A DNA stretch of 64,000 bases from assembly GCA_964016885.1 (NCBI GenBank), contig OZ024746.1:64976001-65040000 (forward strand), given 5' to 3'. Shown here one piece after another: positions 12,059-23,317 of this stretch (the stretch's first letter is position 1; each line of letters opens with the position of its first letter). The position numbers and the translations under genes are program-made. Source of the stretch: Eledone cirrhosa. Taxonomy: Eukaryota. Under the pieces are notes generated by a model. It was not told where the DNA came from, searched no databases, and was given only the letters and a program-made list of their open reading frames with translations.

Positions 12059-12792
12059 GTAAGTATATAATTAGTTTTTTTAACTAACTTGCTGTACATA
12101 TGTTTCTTGCCGTAACTCCTGGTGAAGACGTAGGGCCGCTGTAATGATAGAGATCTTACACATCATCCTAATCATCTGGTTGAACCTGTCCAGATTTATT
12201 CTACTTATTTCAATAAAAAAATATTTTTTTCTTACTGTCGAAGGTGTGAAGACCATTGGCTTTGCCGATTGACAAACGGATAGATCCAATTCTCTTTACA
12301 CTGGAAATAATTGTAAGTGATTAAACAGGTTTAATGAAAGTTAATTTCCTTCAAATACTTTTGAATATACATGCTCTGCTTATTTCCTAAATGCATCACT
12401 AATTTTTTCCAAGCTATAACCAAACTACCAAACTCTTCTCTTAACGGTTGTTTTGCATGAGATAAACATTGAGCAATCACATCTTTCTGTGGCTGGCAAT
12501 TACAACCTATATTATGCCTGCATCTACTCTCCTTTGAGATTTGATTGTATTATACTTCCACTTTTGATATGAATACAGATTGTATTATACTTTGATTGTA
12601 TTATACTTGTATTATACTTTGATTGTATTATACTTCCACTTTTGATATATAGATATATACAGATATGTATAGAAATTTCGTATTTCTAAAGAAACACAGT
12701 ATCTTTACAAGTAAACATTTAGAAAGCCGTGGCTATGCAAAAAACACCGGGCTGACGCCCTCTGGTGGAGTCCAGCAGAAGCAAGGGGGAAC

Positions 12793-12838
12793 AATCGTCG
12801 ATGCATTTCGGACTTAACTGGTCTTCATCAAGACAATC
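12793..12838 (-). ncRNA. Type I hammerhead ribozyme (TTGATGA variant) in a short PLE-tail remnant
   Basis: Minus: gattgtc-TTGATGA-agac cagttaa gtcc-GAAA-tgca-TC-gacgatt. Confidence 0.72.
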
Positions 12839-12994
12839 CCTCCCATACTAGTGATTGCTGGACTTGAAAACAGTCGAAAATATATAATTTTCTCGTCTGT
12901 GTAAATGAGATGATTAATCTCATTTGCATATGAAGCTGCATAAGTAGGCTCAACTTTTAATAGAATAGAATCAGGATTTATCTTCAGGTATAGC

Positions 12995-13028
<34 letters not shown>

Positions 13029-13183
13029 CACATACACATATGCGTACGCACATTTACACACACGGACGCTTACACATACCCACGCTTATACGCGTGCGCA
13101 CAAGACTCGCACAGAGAAATCTTCAAAACCTTTGTTATTGTATTTTTTTTATTCCATAAATTAATATGATTGTAATATTTCAG

Positions 13184-13351
13184 GATCTGGTTAAAGTCAA
13201 CTCTGGAGAAATGGTTGCTTATCTAGACGTATGGATTTCTAAATCAAGCAAACATATCAGGAAATGCAACATATGTAAGCGTGAGGCTATTGCCTGTAAA
13301 ATGTGTCATTCAGAACCGGTTCTTTTAACCTATGATAAGAATGCTGCAGTG
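13184..13351 (+). CDS. RH-domain gene exon
   Basis: tttcag acceptor, gtgagt donor; 56 codons DLVKVNSGEM...HIRKCNICKREAIACKMCHSEPVLLTYDKNAAV (H..C..C..C..C Zn ligands). Confidence 0.85.
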
Positions 13352-13499
13352 GTGAGTAGCTACAGCTTTGTTATAAACTGTTGTGATAGAAGCTGTAAAG
13401 TGTCGAATAAGTCTTTCCTTCTTCAAGTATACTACATGTTTACATACATTAACTGGGTGATAACATTTTATCAGTCAGATGTTTTTAGACAAGTCAGTC

Positions 13500-13925
13500 A
13501 ATCATATTGGTGGCCTCCCCCACAGTCTCGGCGGACAGAATGAAGAAGGCGTTTCCCCGGAGGAAGGCAAGGGAGACGCGCTGGAAAAGCGATTCTAGCT
13601 CGCGAGACTCACACCTGCGGCTGGCCAGCTCAGCACCTATGGTGGTGAGTAGGGAGGTAGCCCTATGGCCGAGGACACCAGAAGTCTCCACTGCCAAGGG
13701 TACAACCGCAAACCTGTCGGAGAGCGACCGGTATTTGAAGAGTTTGGCCTCCTCAGCGCGACGTGCAGCAAAACCTGGGTTAGTCGCAGACTGCACCAGG
13801 TTGCGGCTGGAGAAAGTGTCGGTGCAAGTGGCATCCCAGATGAGGGGTTTGCCACCGCGGAACGGGAAGATGATCATGTCATCTGGCCTTTTGCCGTCCC
13901 CTCGGCCCAGCTGCACTCAAAGTGA
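13500..13925 (-). mobile_element. 3' fragment of CRE-like non-LTR retrotransposon (restriction-like endonuclease)
   Basis: RGDGKRPD..IFPF..GKPLIWDATC..PLAVETSG..LFQRVSLA..RGNA. Confidence 0.8.
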
Positions 13926-14198
13926 ACCATCCCCTTCATAACCTTCAATCGCGCAGCCAAACCATGATATATATATATAGCTTTTGACAACAGGTGGTGA
14001 TATGCATGTAAGTAAATATTCTCTTTATCTGATATTTTGTAACTAACCTTATATAGATCGATATCGAAGTATAGTTATGATGTATTATCATCACCTAGAA
14101 AAGATCGTAAAGCAGTGAAGTATATTTCTAATGACTTGATTTTTAATTTCATTGTTTTAACTTATATATATATATATATATATGTATAGAGGTTAAAC

Positions 14199-14419
14199 CA
14201 GGCATATCAAACCGAGGGTCCCTCGAGGGCCACACGAGTCACATATGTGTTGTCTGAGGGCCGCAGACGACAACAAATTGTGCGCATTACAACTATTTTT
14301 ATTTTATTTTATAATACGAAGATAAAACATGCTCGCGCTGTAAAAACATTTGTGCGGGCCGCAGGTGTGCTTGTAAGGGGCCCGCATGTTGCCCGCGGGC
14401 CACATGTTTATTATGACTT
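14199..14419. mobile_element. hAT-type MITE
   Basis: 8-bp TSD GGTTAAAC (14191-14198 / 14420-14427); degenerate TIR caggcatatcaaac; subterminal gcgggccgc repeats. Confidence 0.7.
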
Positions 14420-14989
14420 GGTTAAACAATGAAAAAAAGAAAAACACCGGTTCAGTGATTAACACACATATACACACACATGTAAATATATATATATTTT
14501 TTCTCCCTTTTTTTCCTTCTCTCTTTCTTCCTCTCTCCTCCTTATTTCCCCCTCTCTTTCTTCCTCTTTTTCCTTTTTTTCTCTACTTTTTTATCTCCTT
14601 CTCTCTCTCCTTTTTTCTCTCCTTCTCTCTCTTTCTCTATCCTTTCCCTCTCCTTTTCCTCCTGGCCTTTTGATTAATAAAAGGCCTTGGGCGCTCTCGA
14701 TCTCTACAGATGTCCTGTAATTCAGCGCCGAAACATCTGATCGGTATATTTACAGCTGACGAAGGATTCTCCTTTCTTCTTTTCTCCTCTTGTTCCGTCC
14801 TAACTATCCAATACCTTGTTTTTAGTAACCACACAGCTCCTTTCGTTTATATATATATACATGCATACGTGTGTGTGTGTGTGTGTGTTTGTGTCGATTA
14901 ATTAATCGATTTTCATTTGTCAAACTGATATATGTTTATATATATATATATATTCTAGTGTTAAATAATACATTTCCCAATTATTTCAG

Positions 14990-15109
14990 TGCTCACGCTG
15001 TGGAGACCTGGTACACAAAACATGTCTTCCTGTTAGTGGAGTGTGTACTATTTGTGAAATACCGCGTGGTACACCGGAAGACATCAACAAACACTGTTCT
15101 ATAGCATGA
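14990..15109 (+). CDS. RH-domain gene terminal exon
   Basis: tttcag acceptor; CSRCGDLVHKTCLPVSGVCTICEIPRGTPEDINKHCSIA-stop (CxxC..H..C..CxxC). Confidence 0.85.
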   Translation, partial: CSRCGDLVHKTCLPVSGVCTICEIPRGTPEDINKHCSIA

Positions 15110-15514
15110 GGTAATACAATGAAAGCTTTTTTTAAATTTACTTACCCCTCCTTTGCCCTCATCCTACACTCACTGATGCACTAGCTCGAAAGCGTTCACG
15201 CACACAAGCACACATGCACGCACATACACACCATATCTAAACTTTGAATCAACCTGTGAATAATAGCACTCAAATATCCCTCAAAGCAGACACTCTGCCT
15301 GAAAATGGAAGCACAATTTAAATAATGTAGCCTTAGGTACATAAATCCAGACATGTGCATCGCTCATACATCTTTGTCATAGGTCTACTCAGTCAGAACT
15401 AACCTTCGAATAATCCACAACAACGCACATTTAATGAAAATAATTATATTGTGTGCTTTCTATATATTTTTAGGGACCGCCTTGGTATAAGTATTAATGA
15501 CAAACATGTCTTTC

Positions 15515-15680
15515 TCAAGGCCAGCAATTATCCCAGTGTATTACTGGTACTTTATTTTATCGACCCCGTAAGGATGAAAGGCAAAGTTAACCTCGGCGGG
15601 GTTTGAACTCAGATCATAAAGGGCCGTAACTCTTTGCTGCAAAACATGGCCTCCGACCTTCTATCCATACTGTCAATCCA
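15515..15680 (+). mobile_element. Octopod-type SINE
   Basis: actggtactttattttatcgaccccgtaaggatgaaaggcaaagttaacctcggcggggtttgaactcaga; related copies at ~1200 and ~55850. Confidence 0.7.
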
Positions 15681-15837
15681 CATATTTATAAATAAAATAT
15701 TTAAGCAAATCTACATACTGGGAAAAATAACCCTTTGGTTTTCTGGTTTCCCTTTTCTTAACCTCTGTGAAAGATGAAAAGCAGATTCAATCAATCAATT
15801 TTAGTATATATGTATATATATATATATGTGTATGTAT

Positions 15838-15900
<63 letters not shown>

Positions 15901-16047
15901 TGTATGTATGTATGTATATATATATATATGTGTGTGTATGTATATATATATACATACACACATATATATATATATATATATACATACATACATGCATACG
16001 CATATATATATATATATACATACATACACATATATATATATACACAT

Positions 16048-16510
16048 ACATGGTGGCTGCCAACTCGTTTTCAAGTACGGCCACTACTTTATATCCATGT
16101 AGGAGAACTCCTACTGATGCGCTGAACGAGTGTGACTTTTTAGTCCAGCCAGCGACTTGAAAACTCTGGTACAAACACTACACTTGTGACAATTAATGAC
16201 ACATAGTGCTGGGCCCATTGTACCCTGTGATGACAAGTGCAGAGAGATCTCCAGATATAAAGCAATGCCTGTGCCGTGAAGCTTTTATAGTGAGCAAAGG
16301 CACTGCACAAAGCCAGTCCCACTCTCTTAACCAAGATGATATTTACCAAAAAGAAGAACAAGTCAACATCATTGGATACCATCAGGGTTGCAGGTGTTAT
16401 ATCAGAGTTTTCCTTCTCCTAGAATTCTGCCTTGACAAAGGCTAAGGGGTCATCTCTCTCGGTGTTTTGGATGGCCATTGACTCTTAAGAGCTCCTTTGC
16501 CCCTTTTCAG
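16048..16510 (-). mobile_element. ~460-bp non-autonomous element with RTE-type 5'UTR motif
   Basis: Near-identical copy at 39654-40112; minus strand carries ctaggagaaggaaaactctgat. Confidence 0.7.
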
Positions 16511-16658
16511 GTTTTGCTTTTAGTCCTGCAGGATGTCCAAAGTTACTCTCCTCACCAAGAAACATTGGTGGGGTTGCCAGTTTAGTCGCCAACGACCCGA
16601 CCATGAGACAGGTTGTAATGGGATACATGTTACCAGTAGAACCAACTGGTGACCTGAC

Positions 16659-16690
<32 letters not shown>

Positions 16691-16704
16691 AGGTATATGC
16701 ATGT

Positions 16705-16921
16705 ATGATAACTTTGAAAGGTTTCGGCCAGTTTTGGCCCAGGCCATGTCTAACTTAAGAGTACTACCAGACGAAGTCTTTCAAATCAGGATTTGGGCAC
16801 CAAGGCCCACTCAAGTAGAGTTATTGTTTACGGAGATATATCCGGGTGTAGTAGGTTTATTTGGAATTTCTTGAAGGAATTTGTCCAAAGACCTCTTGAA
16901 CTTGTTGGGGTCTGTTTCTGT

Positions 16922-16923
<2 letters not shown>
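16705..16923 (-). mobile_element. 3' end of a CR1/L2/Jockey-group LINE
   Basis: Minus frame TETDPNKFKRSLDKFLQEIPNKPTTPGY..NS followed by a short 3'UTR hairpin. Confidence 0.55.
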
Positions 16924-16982
<59 letters not shown>

Positions 16983-17245
16983 ATACATACACATCTGAAA
17001 TATTTTATAAATCTTCTTTCCATTTTCCAGAAACATTGCAACACGCCACCAACCTGGTTCAACTTTGAATTCTCAATCAACTGTGACATACTTCAATCAA
17101 CTGTGACATAGATTCGATGACTTCCAGGAGTTTAGTGAAAACATTGAAAACAAAACAAAAAAAAACAAAACAAAACAGACTATGGTACTTCACATGAAAG
17201 CGAACGCTGTTTTATAAAATTATTTCACGATATATGTAATAAATT

Positions 17246-17292
<47 letters not shown>

Positions 17293-17469
17293 CAATGAAG
17301 ATAGGTAGCCGAACTCTCGGACTCTAAGCGTTGAAAATATAAAGTTAATGTAAAGAATGATGTGTTTATGTGCGGAGATGCAACTTCTTTTTCCGTCTTT
17401 TAAGGGTATTCACCTTATTATATAAACAATTTTACAGCAATACCGTGCTTGAGCGCCTCACATTTCTTA

Positions 17470-17505
<36 letters not shown>

Positions 17506-17872
17506 AACAGAGAGAGAGAGAGAGAGAGAGATATCTACATGTATATAAATGTGTGTGTGTGTGTGTGCGTGAGTATGTAATAACGTCTAAATCAGAATCT
17601 GTTTGATCTGTTACTTGGAGTTCGTTTTCTATGTCTTCTTGTTCAGGCCTGAAGCCATGGAAGGTGAAATTCCAAGTAGCGACTCTCGCGGTCTCAGCTT
17701 TGAATAAATAACATTTTTCGAGACAGTATACCAGCTACACTTCTTTTTTGTTTAACTGCATCTCACACCCAGTATAACCACCACCCACTAAGATATACAC
17801 CCATGTATACAATTATATGGAAACAATTATATGTATACAATTATATGTATACAATTATATGTATACAATTAT

Positions 17873-19768
17873 ACGGAAAAAGTAATAGCCCAACTAATCA
17901 GAGAGAGAATTGATCTAGATGAAATGCAGTTCGGATTTGTGTCAGGCAAAAGTACCACAGACGCTCTTTTCATTGTACGACAACTACAGGAGAAGTACCT
18001 AGCTAAAAGTAAACCCCTATACTTAGCTTTCGTCGACTTGGAGAAAGCCTTCGACAGAGTCCCCCGTTCCATTATCTGGTGGTCTCTTAGAAAACTAGGT
18101 GTTGACGAATGGCTTGTGAGAGCTATACAAGCCATGTATAAAGAAACAGTCAGTAAGGTTAGAATTAACAACGAATATAGTGAAGAGTTTAGCGTAAAAG
18201 TTGGTGTCCATCAGGGCTCTGTTCTTAGCCCCCTACTATTTATTATTGCCCTTCAGGCTATAACAGAGGAGTTCAAGACCGGCTTCCCATGGGAACTCCT
18301 ATACGCAGATGATCTAACGCTCATAGCTGAATCAATGACCGAACTAGAGAAGAAATTCCAAACATGGAAGCACGGCCTAGAATCAAAAGGCCTTAAAATT
18401 AACCTGGCTAAGACTAAAGTTCTAGTTTGTAGGAAAGAAAATAAGGCGGCAGTCCCATCTGGGAAATGGCCATGCTCAGTGTGTAGGAAAGGCGTAGGTA
18501 GAAACTCCATTTTATGTCCCAAATGCAAAGTATGGGTGCATAAAAGATGTAGTGGGATCACAGGTAAGCTAACTAAGAACATAGATTTTACATGTGGCTG
18601 GTGCTCTGGTGCAATAAGTAGCAGCAAGTGCCCACAAAATACTAGCTCTTTCAATTGCGCAGAGGGTTCTATAGAAATAGTGGACAGCTTCCGTTACCTG
18701 GGTGACAAAATCAGCAGTAGGGGTGGGTGCTCTGAAAGTACAGTAGCTAGAGTCAGAACTGGATGGAAAAAGTTCAGAGAGCTTATACCACTATTAGCCG
18801 CTAAAGGGTTCCCCCTAAAAATGAAAGGCAGGTTATACGATGCCTGCATACGAACAGCAATGCTGCATGGCAGTGAGACCTGGGCATTGTGTGCAGAGGA
18901 TATACGCAGACTAGAGAGGAACGAAGCTTGCATGCTCCGCTGGATGTGCAATAGTAATATACGTGAACGGCAAAGCATAAACGAACTAAGGAAAAAATTA
19001 GAAATAAGAGGGATCAGATGTTGTTTACTCGAGAGAAGGCTACGTTGGTACGGTCACGTGATGCGCATGAAAGACGACAGCTGTATAACAAAGTGCAGGG
19101 CAATAAAGATAGACGGTAGCCACGGAGTAGGCAGACCCAGAAAAACATGGGACGAGCTGATAAATTCCGACCTCACACGCTTACACCTCTCCAAGACAAT
19201 GTCACTGGACCGAGACCTTTGGCGGTACTCAGTAATAGAGAAGACCCGCCTTACCTAAATACAAAGTAAAAACCTACTACAGTCAGTAGGCATCTCTATC
19301 AAAACACACCCCCGTCCCACCACCTCCACCCCATCCACACCGCCCCTTTCAATGTAAAGTTATGTTGGTCCCACAACATCCAGGCCGAAACAAATGAGAT
19401 CGTGTAGGTGTCACGACAAAAAACACACAGTCCACGCTGTAAATGTGGCCGTGTAGGCAACACGGTAAAAACCTCCCAGCCCCACACTGTAAATGTGGTT
19501 GGTGTTAGGAAGGGCATCCAGCTGTAGAAAACCCGCCAGACAGTCCACGCTGTAATGTGGCCGTGTAGGCAACACGGTAAAAACCTCCCAGCCCCACACT
19601 GTAAATGTGGTTGGTGTTAGGAAGGGCATCCAACTGTAGAAAACCCGCCAGACAGTCCTATGCGAGCAAGACAACCACTCTTGCTTCAAGTGGGAAAACC
19701 CCACGTCCAAACCCATGCAAGCGTGGAACACGGACGCTAAACCTGATGATGATGATGATGATGATGAT
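17873..19768 (+). mobile_element. 5'-truncated RTE LINE (RT with internal PHD-like finger), ORF to 19258, (GAT)n tail
   Basis: FVDLEKAFDRVP, GVHQGSVLSPLLF, YADD, CSVC..CPKC..WVHKRC..CGWC, HGSETW; ~113-bp tandem duplication in the 3'UTR (19428-19652); tail 19743-19768. Confidence 0.88.
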
Positions 19769-19847
19769 ATATATACATATATATATATATTTATATATAT
19801 ACATATATTTATATATATACATATATTTATATATATATATACATACA

Positions 19848-20457
19848 TATAAAGAAAAAAAGATGAAATCGAGAATGCAACTGGAGTCTTATTTAAAAAA
19901 TATATATATATATTTATTTGGTTCCTTTACCGTTTTCGCAGTTCTTTATCAGTTCCTTTATCAGTTTTGCAAATGTAATTTGATTGGTTATAAATGAAAT
20001 TACATTTATTTTAAAAAAAGCCTTCGTGAGTCTCTTTTTTTAAGTAAAAAGAAATTCAAACACACATATATGAAAAAAACAACCTGAGCCCCCCCCCCCC
20101 CCCCCCCTGTTTGAAGAACTTTGTAACGCGAACTGGCGCGAAATTTATTATACTTATTGATCAACCAATCAAATTACTTCTCTAAAAACCTGGCGTTTCA
20201 AGCCACTTTTTTCCATATAAAACAAGTAACATCAAAGACCAACCAGGTGTGAGAAAAACCACAGATCCTCCATCTCAACTCTACTTTTGAAAAGCAGAAG
20301 AACTGCGAAATCGGTAAAGGAACCTAATAAATATATATATTTTTTTAAATAAGACTCCAGTTGCATTTTCGATTTGATCTTTTTTTCTTTATACTTTCAC
20401 TCGTGTAGGACACCTCGGTTATTTTTCATTTTGTAAAGAAAACATCACTTTCTAATA
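19848..20457 (+). mobile_element. PLE-tail fold-back insertion with hammerhead (20284-20320)
   Basis: 19848-19946 is the reverse complement of ~20295-20393; tail 20394-20457; second copy of the 3' part at 43492-43703. Confidence 0.75.
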
Positions 20458-20462
20458 CATAC

Positions 20463-20493
<31 letters not shown>

Positions 20494-20495
<2 letters not shown>

Positions 20496-20612
20496 GATTT
20501 TGAGTTTATGTGGGTTGTATACCAACACCTCAGTATGCAGGCTGGAGCACTCGACGAAGTGCGCAGGTTGGTTTGGTTACTCCGGAGTAGTATAAAATAA
20601 AGTTAAATAAAG
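20494..20612 (-). mobile_element. Tail-only copy of the element at 3621-4160
   Basis: Reverse complement of ~4043-4160, in TA flanks. Confidence 0.85.
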
Positions 20613-20637
20613 TATATATATATATATATATATATAT

Positions 20638-21675
20638 ACTAGCAGAATAGTCCGGCGTTGCTCGGGCTTCTAAACATAGATTGCCATGTTTATCCCTTCT
20701 TTCTGAAACACTACAGAGAAGTACGGAATACCTCGGCCTGGGCATGGTGTCTACATTTTGTGCTTAGGCAAATAATTTTCCATTAAGATTTTTCAAAAGT
20801 ATGTAATTGCGTTCCCTCTCTTTTTTTCTTTTTTTTTCCGCTGCTGTTGGTGTGATAGCAGCCGTTGGTCGTACTACTAACAACGTCTCGTCCTTCTTCA
20901 GCCAATCGTGTATATCACCTTTTACCTCGTCTACCTAAACAATGATTGTAGCACCTCCTTGTACACAATGTTCCTTGTTCTTCCGTGTCGGGCATATGCA
21001 AAGAGGTTTGTCTTGCTTCCCACTCTTGATCAGCCAACGTATTGATGCCCGTGACGAATTTATTCCAAGTTGGTAATTGGTAAAGAAAGAAAAATGTTCC
21101 GCTTAACGTCAGCGTACGTGATTTTATCATAGGTGTGGGGATATTTTGGCGGGGGTTTTCTAAAAAGATCCAATATTTCTATCTACCGGGGTTAGTGGAA
21201 ATGTCTCAAGATATGTTATCAAAAAATTAGTAACTGCCACTTACCGATTGAAAGATAAGCCGATTTTCGGAATGGTAGTCTCAGCTGTAATTGGTAACCG
21301 GGCTGGCTTTCCTTGCTTATGTACCAAGATAGATAGAAATTACCACTTAACGCCAGCGTGTGTGATTTTTAACATAGGTGTGGGGATATTTTTTGGTGGA
21401 GGCTTTCTAAAAAGATCCACTATTTCTATCTATGTACATAATGGGGCATATGGCTTGGTACTAACACCAATAATAATGTGTGCAACGGGGGTAAGTGATT
21501 ATGTCTCAGGAAGTATTGCAAAAAAATATTAAAGCAACTGGGGTAAGTGGGAATGTCTCAGGATTGTTAGCCAAAAAATTAGTAAATGACACTGATTGAA
21601 AAATAAGCCGGCCGTCGGAAAGGTATTCTCAAGTGTAATTATTAACCTGGGCTGGCTTGCCTCGCTTATATTATA
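20638..21675 (+). mobile_element. Putative non-autonomous Helitron/Helentron-like element
   Basis: Starts actagcagaatagtccggcgttgctcggg after (TA)n; internal ~240-bp imperfect duplications; end uncertain. Confidence 0.45.
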
Positions 21676-21677
21676 TA

Positions 21678-21835
21678 TTAAAATAACAGATTAAAGTTTA
21701 AGCAAAGAATCGCTGCTTTCACACTTAACGCCATCTTCTGAAACTAAAAAAATCAATCTGTGGACGCAGAAGTAAATATTTCGAAAAACGTTGCAACCGA
21801 AGGAAAACAGCAAGACGATACTTTGGTTCGTGAAG
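21678..21835 (-). mobile_element. pLTR fragment related to 29372-29530
   Basis: Shared tattaaaataacagattaaagtttaagcaaagaatcgctgctttcac...gacgatactttggttcg. Confidence 0.75.
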
Positions 21836-22097
21836 AATGTTTGTCAATGTCGTAATGCAGACAGCCAGATATACAGACAGATATTATAAGGGCTCGACGG
21901 AGATCGATAACCAGCGCCTAACACCCCTTTAACAACAGAAAATTGAAAAATAAAAGCTGCAGTTGATATCTTTAGACCGCAAGGAATATATAAATGCAAG
22001 CTTGAAGTCAAACGGAGTAGAAATGTGGATTTGTATAGACTTTGCAAAAATTAGGAGAGAGATGCATACCGCACAGGCACACACATAAACACATTCA

Positions 22098-22146
<49 letters not shown>

Positions 22147-22509
22147 GCACATAAATACATTCAGTCATATATATATATATAAATAATTATATACATACAT
22201 ATATACACACATATATATAGGTGTGTGTATTTTTAATAGAAAGAAAAGAAAAACACACCCAACACAGGCTGATAGAGCGGAGTTAAATGAAATTGTCATA
22301 TATATGTATATAACAAGCACACGCGCACGCACACACATAACAATTATATATATACATATATATATAACAATTATATATATACATATATATAACAATTATA
22401 TATATATATATATATATGACAATTATATATATATATATGACAATTATATATATATATGACAATTATATATATATATATATATGACAATTATATATATATA
22501 TATATATAA

Positions 22510-23078
22510 AATAAAATAAATATAAAAAAAATAATGAATAAAACAATGAAACAGTTCCTTATATTAAACAAAAAAAGTTCATTATTTAACGATCGTTTCT
22601 AGGATATATATGTGTTAGAATTGGCATGCATATTCAACAGATCTATGTACAAAATTATACAAAATTATACAAACTATCAAAATTAAATATACATACCAAC
22701 ACATATATAAGCCGTCTTCAGAAATAATAATATTATTTCTGAAGACGGCTTATATATGTGTTGGTATGTATATTTAATTTTGATAGTTTGTATAATTTTG
22801 TATAATTTTGTACATAGATCTGTTGAATATGCATGCCAATTCTAACACATATATATCCTAGAAACGATCGTTAAATAATGAACTTTTTTTGTTTAATATA
22901 AGGAACTGTTTCATTGTTTTATTCATTATTTTTTTAATATTTTATCTTGACTCTGTATTCCGTTTATCTTTCACCGAAAGTGATTTTTCATTGCATCTCT
23001 TCTTTCCATGATATCCGGATTACATTGAGTTCTTCATACGGATTGGACACTACCGTAAACTCTTGGTAGATTTATCTA
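22510..23078 (+). mobile_element. PLE pLTR fold-back insertion: ~215-bp palindrome centred on 22730 plus ~130-bp tail
   Basis: Near-perfect inverted arms with a 1-nt spacer; same family at 41297-41512. Confidence 0.85.
22732..22879 (+). ncRNA. Hammerhead with ~115-nt stem II (mirror at 22581-22728; further copy at 41297-41451)
   Basis: attattt-CTGAAGA-[tatatatgtgttgg...ctaacacatatata]-GAAA-cgatcg-TT-aaataat. Confidence 0.75.
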
Positions 23079-23264
23079 CATATATATATATATATATATA
23101 TATATGACAATTATATATATATACATATATATATATATATGACTATATATATATATATATATATATGACATATATATATATATATATATATATATGACAT
23201 ATATATATATATATATATGACATATATATATATATATATATGACATATATATATATATATATAT

Positions 23265-23303
<39 letters not shown>

Positions 23304-23317
23304 CAATTATATATATA

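Noticed and set aside
16705-16750. ggcca aaac tggcc-GAAA hairpin (minus)
   Set aside because: No CTGANGA box; more likely a LINE 3' stem-loop
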